A stretch of 63,217 nt of DNA, counting the filler, from Octopus bimaculoides (taxonomy: Eukaryota): the NCBI RefSeq assembly GCF_001194135.2. It is 6 parts of 5 records of this genome, joined end to end, with 100 filler letters (N's around TTAATTAATTAA, not from the genome) between each part and the next. Parts side by side here need not be neighbours in the genome. Positions count along the whole stretch, not along the records: positions 25,140 to 34,234 come from NC_068989.1; positions 34,335 to 41,747 come from NC_069000.1; 4 more parts are not named here. The stretch is one strand, 5' to 3'. Shown in pieces: positions 27,520 through 40,933 of this stretch; positions within the stretch are counted from its first letter, which is position 1, and each line of letters begins with the position of its first letter. Under the pieces are notes generated by a model. It had not been told where the DNA came from. It made no database searches and saw nothing but the letters and a program-made list of their open reading frames with translations. Both the position numbers and the translations under genes were made by a program.

Positions 27520-27715
27520 GTAGCGNNNNNNNNNNATTTATAGCATTATCACGCGTTTGAGAAATAAATTTATTTCTGTATCTTACAATACATCTCAACG
27601 CTTCTAAAAAAGAACAAACTTTGTTTGTTTACTTTCATCGTAAAGCTGAATTTAACGTTAGCGTCTTATGAAGCTAAATTTATAAGTTCTAAAATTGCAG
27701 AGGAATTCGTTGCTG

Positions 27716-27788
27716 GGCAGTTTAGTTTAATGGTAAAACACTTGACGCGTAATCACAGAGACGTGAGTTCGAGTCTCATGGCTGGCCA
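27716..27788 (+). pseudogene. Second identical tRNA-Thr(CGT)-like copy
   Basis: Same 73 nt; followed after 8 nt by a T5 run that could terminate Pol III. Confidence 0.55.
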
Positions 27789-28191
27789 GTAGCGTATTTT
27801 TCTACAATAAATGGGTAATTTATCCTGATCACGCTATTTATAATATTATCACGCGTTTGAGAAATAAATTTATTTCTGCATCTTATATATATATATATAT
27901 ATTTTAAAGAAAGACGAAGATAGGTGTATGACAATAAGCAAGTATATTAGTTTGACGCTCGGGAAAATTAAAAGGTCCTTCACGATTCGAGCCTACACTC
28001 TTCAACAGAAAGGAATAAGAGAAAATAAACAGAGAGAGAGAGAGAGAGAGTGAAAAAAAACTTGATTTCAGCGGTTCAGCAGGGTGAATGATTAGAAAAA
28101 GTTTATATATATATATAGCAATAAAAAAATGGAGAGGTATAGGTGGTATTCATCAACTTGCAGACAGTGGGTTGGATTCACAACCCCAAGC

Positions 28192-28222
<31 letters not shown>

Positions 28223-31200
28223 CATATATCATCATTGTTGTTGTTGTTGTTGTTGCTATTATTATTATTATTATTATTGAGTGAGAGAGCATTTCTCCAG
28301 GCCTTGTACCTATAGTAGAAAGAATCATAATCATTAGTTTATTACCCTTCCAAATTTTTTTCTTGTTCTTGTCTCTCTTTCTTCCACTTCGCCGCCTCTG
28401 TCTGATTTTGTTTGTTTTTTTTCATTTTTACACATAGTCTTTTTGTTGTTGTATCAGAGTGATTATACTTACTATAACCCGGTTGACAATCCCTTATGGT
28501 TTCATTGACCGAATGGAGTCATTTAGCATCATTGTTCCATCATTGCTTTTCATATAAGCATGATCGAAATACTACTTTTCCACCGTCCTTTAAAAGCATA
28601 AGGCATAAACCAAGCGTCGACAAGAATCATGATACAAGCGATGGAATTATTAATGTTAGCTTTTTGGTCGATAAATAACCACCTATAGATCTCACCAGTT
28701 GGGACTCTGTTCATATCTATTAGGTATAGGATATGTGTTATCGTGACGTTAACGACTTTAACTGAAGCTAAAATGGCTTCAATGTTTGACTCAGTTTCAC
28801 AGATGCTTGCTATTTATGGTACTTCCCCTATATTATTTAATATTGTCAATGATAAGAAAGATTCTAAGAGCATGAGATAATCTACTAACATAGATTCCCT
28901 GCAGTTTTAATTCCTAGTTATACGCCGTTTCACCTCAATTGCGCTATTTTTATGCATGTTCTTGGAACATACATAGAATACAAAACATCCTATTTCTCTT
29001 AGTGTAAAGAGATACGGTTCAGTCATCAAAGAACCGAAATGTGTTGCTTAGAATTGGTAAATAATAGAAACAGAATCACAATTAGTTATGTTACTGTATG
29101 CTATGAATCCAGTTTTCATTTGCATATAATCTTTAAGATTCTCTTAAGTCTATTTACTAGGCTCTTCCTCCCACATAAATATTCAATCGTTTCTTAATGC
29201 AAGATTTTAATAGTTTCTAATAACTAATTCAGCACCATCATGCCTGTGTTTTAAATATCTATGTTGGTGATGCTAGTTAAATAAGAGTAAGAGGTGAAGT
29301 ACTGAATGTTAAAAGCAAAAACTTCTTAATTATTTGAAAAAGTTGGAGAAAGAAAAACAAAAACCTACCTAGAGGTGACATTCCAAAGAGAAAAGGCTAA
29401 ATAATTCCGAGAAATTACGAATTCGTTTCGCAAAATTAATTTGACTTCTGCAGGTGTGACTACGCAGGTGTTATGTGTATAATTTTCCATGTTCTCTAAC
29501 AGTTGGCTATATCGCAGCTGTTACATTAGATGCTAAAGCATTCACTGTATAGTTTTATTCCAACTAATTGAATTTTAAAATATTTTAATGATTAAATGTA
29601 TTCGCTAATAATGTTTGCTTTGATTATAAGACAAAGCCATTATATTTTGTATGGGGGTAAGTAATATAATTGCGTTTACTCAGAACTGTGTGGTTCAATG
29701 TATGTCTGAAGTACTCACTAATATTTATCCATTAATTCCTCTCAATATCTGAATGGCCAAACTACTTAGGGAAGGTAAATGAAGACTACACAAGGGTTTG
29801 AAAGAAAATTTGCAAGGTGGCTCATCTATGAAAGATATTATCGAATTGCTTTAGTCCAGTGATCCTTAGGTTCTATATTTGGTTTCCTAAGCCAAAGATC
29901 ATCACATAAACTAATTGTCCACGCTGTAATCCATAGCTTTATAGCTTAAGTCATTTCAAAAGGTATAAATAAACTTTACCTCAGCCCTAGTGATGTTTCC
30001 CTCGTTACTCTACAAGGAATCGTAGATTATTGACAGCACAAAGTGTGGATGATTAGAGTATATGGAACAGTTGATTACTGTCATGATAAGAGAAGTCATC
30101 AACCGCCGCAGTTCCACTCTTGCTCACCACTTACTACATTCCCTTCTGTCTCCATCTCTTGCTACCTGTTACGCTCTTACACTCTTATGAAGCTACCATC
30201 CCCACACTCTTATGAAGCTATCTGCCCTTTCCTTCCGCACCCCTTATTCACCGACCGTATCCTCTCTTCTGCTCAGCTTCTTGTCTCACGAGCTTGCTCT
30301 GGAACTCTTTTACTGTCTTGCAACTTACTTGTTAACCTCATTAGTGACAGTGATACGCAAAAAGCACCCAGTCGGTACTATAAACTTAATGGCATTAGGA
30401 AGGGCGTCCAGCCATAGAAAATATGCCAAAGTAGATACTGGGGCTCGGCGTAGCCCATCAGCTTGCAGGATCCTATGAAACCATTCAACCCATGGCAACA
30501 TGGAAAACAGATTTTAGATATGATCGTGATGAAGACGACGACAACGATGATGATTATTATATAGGAAATACACGATCACTGATAGTATAAGGAGCATTGG
30601 GTTACTGACTGTATGGAAAGAGATACATTACTGACAGGATAAAGAGTGATAAACCAGATCCTGTGATTTTATGAGATGTAGATCAATGACAGCACGTTAT
30701 ATTGCAAAGATGATGATGATGTTGATGATGAAAAGGAGGCGGAGAATACATATTTTTTACGAGAATTCGAACAAAGTTTATTTCATTATTGCCATCCCAA
30801 TCAAATTGCTTTCTCGATTTTTGCCCAAACTAATGTTTGTTATCATTTCACTCTACAGTAGGAAATGATTCTGATTTTGTTTCTGAAAATGAATCTTAAA
30901 CGACCATGTAATTAACATTCTGAATAGTTCACGCTTAAAATTCGAACAGCAATTTCTTTGTTCATTGTTAGCATTCGTTTGAACACGAAGGAAAGACATT
31001 ATAAAGTGTCTAATTAAAATACAGAGAATGCTGGCGTTCCTTTACAAATAATCAATTAGTAAAACATTTCTGCTGTTCATTCAGATTTATGTCTATTGCC
31101 GTAAAAAAAGTCCCACAGTTTCTTGATAGTACAAGCATAGTATATACCAATAACAGGTACTTTAAGATAATTTAGTTCATAAATAGCTCTCAAAATAAAC

Positions 31201-32539
31201 CACCATTAAAAGGCAAACCACAAGTTGTATACTGATAGGCTAATGATTCCACAACAATGCATGGTTCTCACATTCTATTTCACATGACCATTAATGGAAT
31301 TGTTTATGCTGTCAAATAACAACTTCACGCTGTTTCGACGCAAGTTAGATTTTAATAATGTTTATATCGCATCTATGCAACAACAGAACAGTGTTTGGTA
31401 CGCACCGACTGGATTTTCTGAATGCACAGTGTTGATTTGGAGCAACCGATGTGAGTCATCCTGACCTTATCTATATAGAATATTTGTCAGATAAAGGGAT
31501 TGAAATAATGTAGGCTGCCCACAGTCTCAACCAGGCGGCTATACAGGTCACAAATCTGTAACTTGGATATTCGGCGTAGACAGAACTTCATACATCCTGT
31601 AGTTACATAATGTAATCTACCTAGTCGGAAAGTTTTGGTTCCGTGCTTCAATCGGAAATCAGACTTAGATTTCAATCCTGCGCTTTCTAGCCAATTCTAC
31701 GATTTCTTTTGTCAATTTTCACCTTGTTAAATGTTTTCAGATGTTGAAATTGAGAGGCGGGTTGTCGTCATTTTAACATGTAACTACACTTTTAGCTTAG
31801 TTTATAGATTTCTCAAAATTTCTGTTATTTTTCCCTTTATTTATTCTCACAGCTATTTCTCATTTTGAATTCTTTTTTATAATTTTTGACTTTCTAGAAG
31901 AAATCCTCCAATTTTCTATGCCTGGTTTGGAGTTATGTGCTTTATATGCCATTATTTTCCTTGCCGCTCTACTCAGTTTGGCTACTTGGTTTAACATTCA
32001 GGTGATAATACTATAACTACAGTGACAGCATGAGTATTGATGTTTATTAGCATATTATTGCCATTGGACTGTTTTAAGTAATAATCTAATGCGTGTAGAT
32101 GAACTAGATTGTGTGCTTTGTCTAATTTATGGATTCTTAATTCCTTAGCTCTGGTTCTTTATCTAACATGGTATTAGTGTTCCACTCCTCAAATCATGTT
32201 GGTTCATTTTTCTTAACCGAATTCCATATTTTTCTTCAGTAAGCTGTGTTTTGTCACCATTAAGGTTTCCATTTATTTATTATCTGCATCCTGCAACTTG
32301 AGGTTCTCCAGATAAAAACCGATGACTCTCATGGTGTCAACACTTCTAATATAGAAGCGATCGATACTATACTGCAATAACACCAGGTATGTACATGAGC
32401 ACGCATAAATCGGAGCTGCCCACTTCGTGGTGGTCCCAACACACCATCCTTGATGATGCACCCATACAGTGTGAGGCAGATGCATTTGTAAAAATGCGTC
32501 TATATTGTAGGGTATTTATACATTTCGAGGTGTTTCTTC

Positions 32540-33350
32540 AGGTTGGGTGGTATTAAACCCAATGCTCCGATGACAATCGAAACAACCTTTAAGTTTAAGT
32601 CTCGTAGCTGCCACATCTTGGTGATCTCAATTCCCAGGTTTCTGTTTTCAACAATCTTTTGTCTTTCATGAGATGTTGATTTCCCAGCACTGCCACGTCG
32701 ATTATTAGGTACTCTTGTTTCTCTCTCCTAAGAGTTACTATATTCAGCCTTCGGTGCTCTAACACCTAGTCTGTCTTGAAGTCGAAGTCCCAGAGAATTT
32801 TTGCTTTTCCCTCTTCGTCCATTACTTTTTCCGGTGTATGTTGATACCAAACACCCGTTACCTCATACCCATACTTCCGGCATAGTAGCCAGTGAAGGTG
32901 TTAGGCTATTTTGTCACGTCTACGCGTGTACTCTTTCTGCGCAAGACTTTCATAAGCACTAACAATGTGACTCGCGCTTTCGACCTTTTTCCCACACATT
33001 CTGCAAAGGTTTGTAACAATTGTGTGGTATATGTCCCTTTTCACTGAGTTGGTATTCAATACCTGATTCTGGGCAGCGATGAGTAGGCATTCAGTATTCT
33101 TTTTTATGCCACCCTTGCTGAACCACCTCCAGTGATGCTTCTTGGTCTTTTGGGCTGTTAGTCCCACGGTAGAACTGACCATGTAATTCCATGCTGAGTA
33201 GAGTTTCTTCTCTCTCGTTCGCAATTCATGATCGGAATTAATTTGCACTCTGAAGATGATCTTTGGTAAATCCTTCTACATTAGTAGCATACTGTAGCAG
33301 GTCTTCTTTGCTATTTACCAAATATTCTGTATGTTTTAGTTATGTTGTCT
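32540..33350 (-). mobile_element. Decayed R4/Dong-like non-LTR retrotransposon 3' fragment (zinc knuckle plus REL)
   Basis: KNTECLLIAAQNQVLNT...CRMCGKKVESASHIVS...LAQKEY.RR.D.IA, then KILWDF..TD*V.EHRR.NIV..IIDVA; stops and frameshifts present. Confidence 0.78.
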
Positions 33351-33453
33351 GGTAGTAATTTGTTGTGTGTCAAGACACTGGTATATTTTCCTACTTTTCT
33401 TAACATGAAACCAATAGTAGCCTTACTTCACAAATAGATATGTGTGTGTATAT

Positions 33454-33518
<65 letters not shown>

Positions 33519-34191
33519 TCTTCTCTCAGTTTCCGTCTACCAAATCCGCTCACGTCACAAGGCTTTGATAGGCTCGGAGCTATAGTAGAAGACACTTGGC
33601 CAAGGTTCCACGCAGTGAGACTGAACCCAGACCTATGTAGTTGGAAAGCAAACTTCTTACCACACAGCCACCCCCATGCCTATTTGCTACATTGTCCTCG
33701 ACCTTGAAATGTGAGTGACTTATCTTCGCTTGCTACATTGTCTTTAGTCTTAATTCGGTTAGAAGTATTAGAGCGTTTCTTCCATATAACAGAATTTCTC
33801 CTCTACTATATTTTCGATTGTACGTGCTTATAGCAAAGTAAACCGTAATCAAATTTACTCATTTTATCTTCAGGATGTGTATCTTTAGGATGTACGTAGG
33901 CATATGTATATATATAAATGTAAAAACTTACTGCTAACAAAGACTGCATGGCGTTCAATTATTAAATAAAAAGAATACACATTAAGTACAGAACATCACC
34001 AACGAGTGCAACATACGTGAACACAGAACGAGACAAGTACGGGATACTTGTCTCTTGCGTGTTTACGCATTTTTTGCTCGTTGGTGATGTCTGTTCTTAA
34101 TGTGTATTTTTTCATTTTTATTTGATAATTGAACGCCACGCAGCCTTTATCAACAGTAAGTTTTTACAGTTATATATATATACATATATAC

Positions 34192-34234
<43 letters not shown>

Positions 34235-34334
34235 NNNNNNNNNNNNNNNNNNNNNNNNNNNNNNNNNNNNNNNNNNNNTTAATTAATTAANNNNNNNNNN
34301 NNNNNNNNNNNNNNNNNNNNNNNNNNNNNNNNNN

Positions 34335-34715
34335 ATTTAAGCATTTTATCTGATCAAATTCATCCTATGGTTGCGGAACTGTTTCCGGAGGGGAACGCAA
34401 TCTTTCAGGATGATAATGCACCAATTCACACAGCTAAAGTTGTTACTGAATGGCACGAGGAACATTCTAGTGAAGTTGAACATCTTATCTGGCCACCACA
34501 GTCCCCAGATCTCAATATTATTGAACATTTACGGTGCATTTTATAAAAACAAGTAAGGTGTCAATATCCTCGACCATCATCACAACAAGAACTGGGACAA
34601 AACTTCCTTTGGAAACAATTCAAACTTTGTACGAGTCCATACCTCGTAGAATTCAAGCTGTAAAATAAATTTGTTTGAAATTTTAAGGTGTTTCCATTAT
34701 TTTGTCCAACCCCTG
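34335..34715 (+). mobile_element. Tc1-like transposon 3' part with right end
   Basis: IFQDDNAPIHTAKVV...WPPQSPDLNIIEHL (DD34E second D and E motifs); premature stop; ends in ...cccctg followed by TA. The 5' part is lost in the gap. Confidence 0.85.
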
Positions 34716-35580
34716 TATGTATATATATATATATATGTGTGTGTGTGTCATTTATATATAAGACACACATACACACATACAAACACAAACGCACACACAC
34801 GCACACTTATAAATACACACACATGTGATTGAATGGACTTATATGTGTGTGGGCGCGTGCATATGCGTGAGTGCACGTGTATGTGGGTGTGTGAGTGTAT
34901 TTGCGCAGGCGCCCGTGTGTGTGTGCATGTGTGTATGTATGTGTGTGTGAGTGTATGTATGTTTGTGTGTGAAGTGTGTGTGTGTGTGAAGTGTGTGTTT
35001 GCGCATATGTTGACATATGTCTGTACGTATTCTACCATTCATCTCGATATATTTATATAAAATATTACCGCGTCCCCCGAACTGTATTTATTTTTCTCGT
35101 CATAAAGAGGTGGAAGTGAGAGGGACAAAACAAGGAGAAAGGGTTTGGAAAGAAAGAGAGAGAGGAGGAAGGGGATGAGACTTACCTCGTCTCTATCAAA
35201 TAGTCACCTCCTCCCGATCCTCTTTATCCCTTCAGCCATTCCATATGTCTTTCTCTCTCTCTCTTTTCTTCCAGCTCCTCCCTTGGCCAGCTTTAGTCGA
35301 ATGTCATTCAAGTACAGAACTTGCGAAAAATGCACCCTCACACACACACACACCCTCACACACGCACACGCACACACAAACGCACGCACACACTCACACA
35401 CACATAGACGAAGACATGACCATACACACTCAAATATACACACACAAACAACATCATATATATATATGTGAAATATGTATATATGTGCATTTGTGTGTGT
35501 GTGTATACACACATATATATACATATGCATAAGTATATAAATGTGTGTGTTGTGTGTGTGTCTGTGTGAATGTGTGTGAG

Positions 35581-35644
<64 letters not shown>

Positions 35645-36191
35645 CATACATACATACAGGTACAAACTTATATTCAAGCACGTATTTAAGTACGTACGTG
35701 TATATGTGTGTGTGTTTGAATGAAAGCATAAAACTGCTCTAGAAACCTAATATTTGATACGAATGCCTTACGTTTGCGTGCACAAGTTTTTGAATGTACT
35801 TATAGATACATGCACACTCATACAGACATGCTTATATGTGCGTGTGTGTGTGTGTGAGTATGTGTGTGTCAATGTGTGTGTGAGCATACCATCCGCATAC
35901 GTATGCATACATAGACAGATCCAGACACACAGGCACATATGTACATACGTACATCAAGGCAAATTCCCAAACCAAACTAACGCTTGTAATTATAATATTA
36001 CTGGACAAATTTAGCCAACGTACTGCCTTAAATAAAAATCGCCCCCCACCCCGGAGACGAATGGCCTTCCAGGCTATACTCTCAAAAACCCTTAAAATTC
36101 AATGACCCTTAAATTGGTGTTAGAAATGGTTAGATGATTATCTAAATTATTAAGAGAATCATTACGAAGCATATTCATAAACGTGTTTCTT

Positions 36192-36389
36192 CGAATCATT
36201 GCAATTAATATATGGGAGAGCCTCGCTTACAATGGACCATACAATGCAAACATCAGCATGTGCAAATTATGTTTAACAGAATCGTTAACCATTCCTCGCC
36301 TCCACAACCACTGATTACTTAATAGATTCCCAGATGTAATTTTGTCTTGTAAACACAGATATCATTCACCATTCGCGCATTTTATGTAA
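36192..36389 (+). mobile_element. Penelope-like element, decayed C-terminus of the GIY-YIG region
   Basis: PYN....CKLCLTE...I....*LLNR...SCKHR matches the PLE C-terminal motif YN...C.LCL.E....LLNKR.E...CRH; one in-frame TGA at 36312. Confidence 0.7.
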
Positions 36390-36645
36390 TCCCATAGCTA
36401 TAATTATCCATACTCAAAATTAACCTTGAACTAAGTCAAGGTCAGCCTAGCAATCAGTTACCTCAACAAATACTGCCCCACTATTAATCTTTCTCATACT
36501 TACCTTTCCTATATATATTCGCCATTACATTATTGGATAGCTAAACATGCATTGTAATATACTGATAGACCATCGAAATTACCTCATTAAATAATTGGTA
36601 TTTATACAGACGAGGAGAAATGAACGAAAGGACAATGTTGATACA

Positions 36646-36704
36646 GAGATGAGGAATTAAGAGATGAGGAATTAAGAGATGAGGAATTAAGAGATGAGGA
36701 ATTA
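36646..36704. repeat. Perfect 15-bp tandem repeat x3.9 (gagatgaggaattaa)
   Basis: Read directly; ends 2 nt before the Penelope fold-back. Confidence 0.95.
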
Positions 36705-36706
36705 TG

Positions 36707-36920
36707 TACATTATTTACATTTGACAGATATTTGTCCTCATCTTGTTTGTTGTTAACACAACGTTTCGGCTGACATACCCTCGAAAAATACCTTAGGAAT
36801 GAGAACCCAAGTTCGAAATTTCCCCAAGACACCTGATGAAGGCTGGAGGTATATCAGTCGAAACGTTGTGTTAACAACAAACAAGATGAGGACAAATATC
36901 CGTCAAATGTAAATAATGTA
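36707..36920 (+). mobile_element. Penelope-type pseudo-LTR with inverted partial copy (fold-back)
   Basis: 36707-36773 is the reverse complement of 36854-36920 with 2 mismatches, and pairing extends a little further inward. Contains a hammerhead core. Confidence 0.75.
36828..36872 (+). ncRNA. Minimal type I hammerhead ribozyme (Penelope-associated)
   Basis: Stem I GACAC/GTGTT; core CTGATGA (36833-39); one extra A; stem II GGCTG/CAGTC; GAAA (36860-63); palindromic AACGTT stem III; predicted GUU cleavage after 36867. Confidence 0.7.
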
Positions 36921-37292
36921 TAACAATGTTGATCTCTGCAACATTTAAACAAAGAACATCGGAGGGCAGAAGTACATAGTGAGGCATTCTCTGTAATATA
37001 AGATCGAATACAGAATCGTTTAGAGTAGTACCATGGCGCCCTCTATAATGTAACATAGAAGATAGCACCATGTGTATGGCTCACATGTGATAACGCTTGT
37101 TTAGCATATTAAGAGGAGTTTAGATTATGGCAGGTTGGGACGAGAAGTCCTTCATAACACCCTGCCAAACATTGGACCAGATGATGTCTATCTCTTTTAC
37201 ACACACACACACACACCCAGACATGCACCCATAAAAATATAATATTCTGATATACAAACACATACCCACATACAATATCCTCATATGCACAT

Positions 37293-37325
<33 letters not shown>

Positions 37326-37525
37326 CATGCACACATACATACATACATACATACATACATACATACAAATAAACACAGACTGAGGTGCCGGGTCTGTTTC
37401 TACTTTTCCTCCTCCTCCTCCTCCTCCAAGAAAAGATAAAAGACCGGAATTATGTTCTTGGATTTGAATTAATCTCAATTGTTCTACTTCTGCAACCACT
37501 TTTACTGATTCCATGCGTTTCGCTC

Positions 37526-37565
<40 letters not shown>

Positions 37566-38367
37566 CATTGAGTTTTGCCGTCATTGTTTTTATTTCTTGT
37601 GTAACAACCTCCCCACCCACCCTACCATTCTTCTCTACCTCCCTTTCATCCCCTGACACCTCTCACTCACCTTCCTTTCTCCCCTTCTTTCTCTCACTGT
37701 CCCTCACCCCCTCCCATCCTTTCTCTCATCACTTTACAGATTTCCTAAGAAATAAATGAGGCCATTTTCTGTGATTCCATAAATATTTGGATTTACCGAT
37801 TCCAATATGTTTCGCAGTAAGAATTACACACACGCACGCACGCTCGCACACACACACGCGCGCTCACATAATACATACACCTACAGACACACACACACAT
37901 GTACACACCCACAAACACTTTGAGATGCTCATACACACACACTCACGCGCTCTCACACACACACGCACACGTGCTCATTCATTCTCTTCCGCTTTATCAC
38001 ACACACACACACGCACAAACACACACTCACAAACACACTTACTGCCACACGCGCACACAGACCCACACGCACATCCACACACACATACATATACGCACGC
38101 GCACCCCCGTTCACTGACGTGTTCCTCCACCCTGTAACCATTTCCCTTGACTTGAATCACGAGAAAAATACTTTAATATCTTCCAGCCTATTCTTCACTC
38201 AGGTGAAGAAACCAAGAGTTTGGTGCCTCGCCTTCCAGGAGGAATTTTACGGAAGGCTGGGAATGTTAAATCTTTAATCAAGACTAAAAACAACCATAAA
38301 AAAGATTTGGGAGTTGATCGTGGTGGAAGGAAACAAGATTCATTCTTTGGTTGAGGTGGTGCTTCGT

Positions 38368-38845
38368 TAGTCAATGTGATTGATCGCACCTTTACTACAT
38401 AATGATGTAGATCATTCACCAATCAATATGACTGTTCAAAATTGACAATATAATATTGTGGTGCTGTCTCCCTAATTAGTGTGACTGACCAAACCTTAAC
38501 GCTATAGTAATGTAATGGTGTTTTACCAGTCAGTGTGAGTGACCAACTCTTTCACTCCATAATGTCGTAATAGCTTTTCATCAATCGATATGACTGACCA
38601 ACTGTTTATTGCATAAAAAGCAGCAGTATTTCGCCAATCAACGCGATTGATTAAACCTTCACTATCTAATGGTGTGGTTGTGTTTCATTAGTCAATGTGA
38701 CTGACCAACCCATTACTACATAATGATCAAGTTGTTCTTCAATCAATTTGATTGATCATTTCTTCATTATAAAATGATGCGGTGAGGTTTTGTCAATCAA
38801 TGTGAGTGACCATCCGTTTGCTAAATAATGATGTGTTGATGTTGA
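38368..38845. repeat. Diverged minisatellite, ~9 units of ~52-55 bp
   Basis: Recurrent a(a/g)tcaatgtga(c/g/t)tgacc...ataatg motif at ~53-bp period. Confidence 0.8.
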
Positions 38846-39305
38846 ACGATTATTTTTGGTTAACCATTTTCTACAATTTCTATGAGTATTTAATCTCAAC
38901 ATCAGCCGTATTATATAAAGGTATGAGTTCTGTCCCTTCTCCATCCTTATTAATTAATAAATTGATTAATTAATATACAGACTTGACTCAACACCCTACA
39001 AGATATTAACTAATTAAATCCATTCTTGTCTGTTCGCCTTTAAACGTTTGTCATTCCTTCCGTTACTCACCCCACCCCCATCAACCCTCGGAATTAGAGG
39101 CGACACTATCATCACAACCACCAGCAAAACAATCGTCACCGCCACCGTCATCATCAGCAGCAGTACCACTACTACCACCCCAACACAACCACACTAGCCA
39201 CCACCACCACCATTGTCAATACTATACCATACCACTTGTTCTCTTTCTCTTTCTATCTCTCTCTTCTTCTCTCCCGCTATATCTGAGAGTGTCGGTATAC
39301 ATAAA

Positions 39306-39339
<34 letters not shown>

Positions 39340-40138
39340 GTGTGTATTTATGTATAGCGACACTCTCGCATATACACATGCCTACATACACACACTCCCT
39401 CATCATAACATACACAAATATTTTACTTACCTTTACCATATCTCCTGTCCCCTAAAACTGCCAAACCCTCTAAAAAGACCCCTTTATCGCCCTCAGCTAC
39501 CAACAATAGCACACGACCTATTAAACCTCACAGCTCACCAGAACAAACGGCTCCCTTTCTACTTTTCTATCTGATCTTCATTACAAGTCAACAATGAAAC
39601 GCCAACACACTGTGTATGTTTTCTTAAAATACAGACATGTGTATTTGTCATCATGTAAGGCTGTTATTTTAAATAAACACTGCATAATTCCCTGTTAAAC
39701 AGACACCAATTAGTCCCCTAAATATATACAAGTATCTATTTTATTTGTTTATTTTTGTGTGGGTTCCTATTTGTTTGTTGTCTTTTGTTCCCGTTCGTCT
39801 TTCATTTGCTTGTCAGGGCAAAGGAAAACGGAATGGTAGCGGTGAAGTGAGGGGCGGGTTTGCTGGTCGGTCGATAATTACGTAGGTCTACAGATCGGGG
39901 TGCGAACACGGATAGTCAATCAAGCTTTGTGTGCCTTTTGTCTGTATATACGGGCACGGACATGTGTGTGTGTGTGTGTGTGTNNNNNNNNNNNNNNNNN
40001 NNNNNNNNNNNNNNNNNNNNNNNNNNNNNNNNNNNNNNNNNNNNNNNNNNNNNNNNNNNNNNNNNNNNNNNNNNNNNNNNNNNNNNNNNNNNNNNNNNNN
40101 NNNNNNNNNNNNNNNNNNNNNNNNNNNNNNNNNNNNNN

Positions 40139-40207
<69 letters not shown>

Positions 40208-40788
40208 TTAACACATTGACACATATACATGATTCAGAACGACAAATTCATAGAGAACGATTCTAGTTCAGGGAATCAGCTTCAATATATAAGCACCATG
40301 TATTCATCAGCCCATCACCTTCATCGAAAAGGAGTGAGATATATTAATTTCACCTTAAGCGAGTTTCTCAACTTAAATTTCACAGCTGAATATTAAATAC
40401 TCTTCTCCATTTTATCGGGTCATTAACAATGGAATGTCCGATTTTGAACTGAAAGTTTATTTTACTTTATCTCAACAAAAAGCAATGCAGTTAATCAAAG
40501 TATGCACCTAAATTATCAACACAATTTTGCCATTTTTATCGGTAGCTTATTTATGCCGGCAGCGAAGAATTCCGAAGTGCAAGAGGTGATGAAATCACGA
40601 AAGGCTGTTTTGCATCTTCTTCAGATTTGGAGGTTTTTTCTTGCAAAATGTTATCTAATGCCTGGAAAAACGTGATAGTCGATTGGTGCAAGTTCTTGTG
40701 AATATGGTGAATGACAGAGTACTTCCATATTCAGATCCTGTAACTTAAGTAGCGTTCTTTGTGCAGCATGCCTTCGAGCATTGTCTTG

Positions 40789-40933
40789 CAAGAATGATCG
40801 TGTCTGAAATACCTCAAGAATGATCGTGTCAAGAATGATCGTGTCAAGAATGATCGTGTCAAGAATGATCGTGTCAAGAATGATCGTGTCAAGAATGATC
40901 GTGTCAAGAATGATCGTGTCTGAAATACCTCAA
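40789..40933. repeat. 15-bp tandem repeat (caagaatgatcgtgt) x7 nested in a 26-bp duplication
   Basis: Read directly: unit + ctgaaatacct, then 7 units, then ctgaaatacctcaa. Confidence 0.95.
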
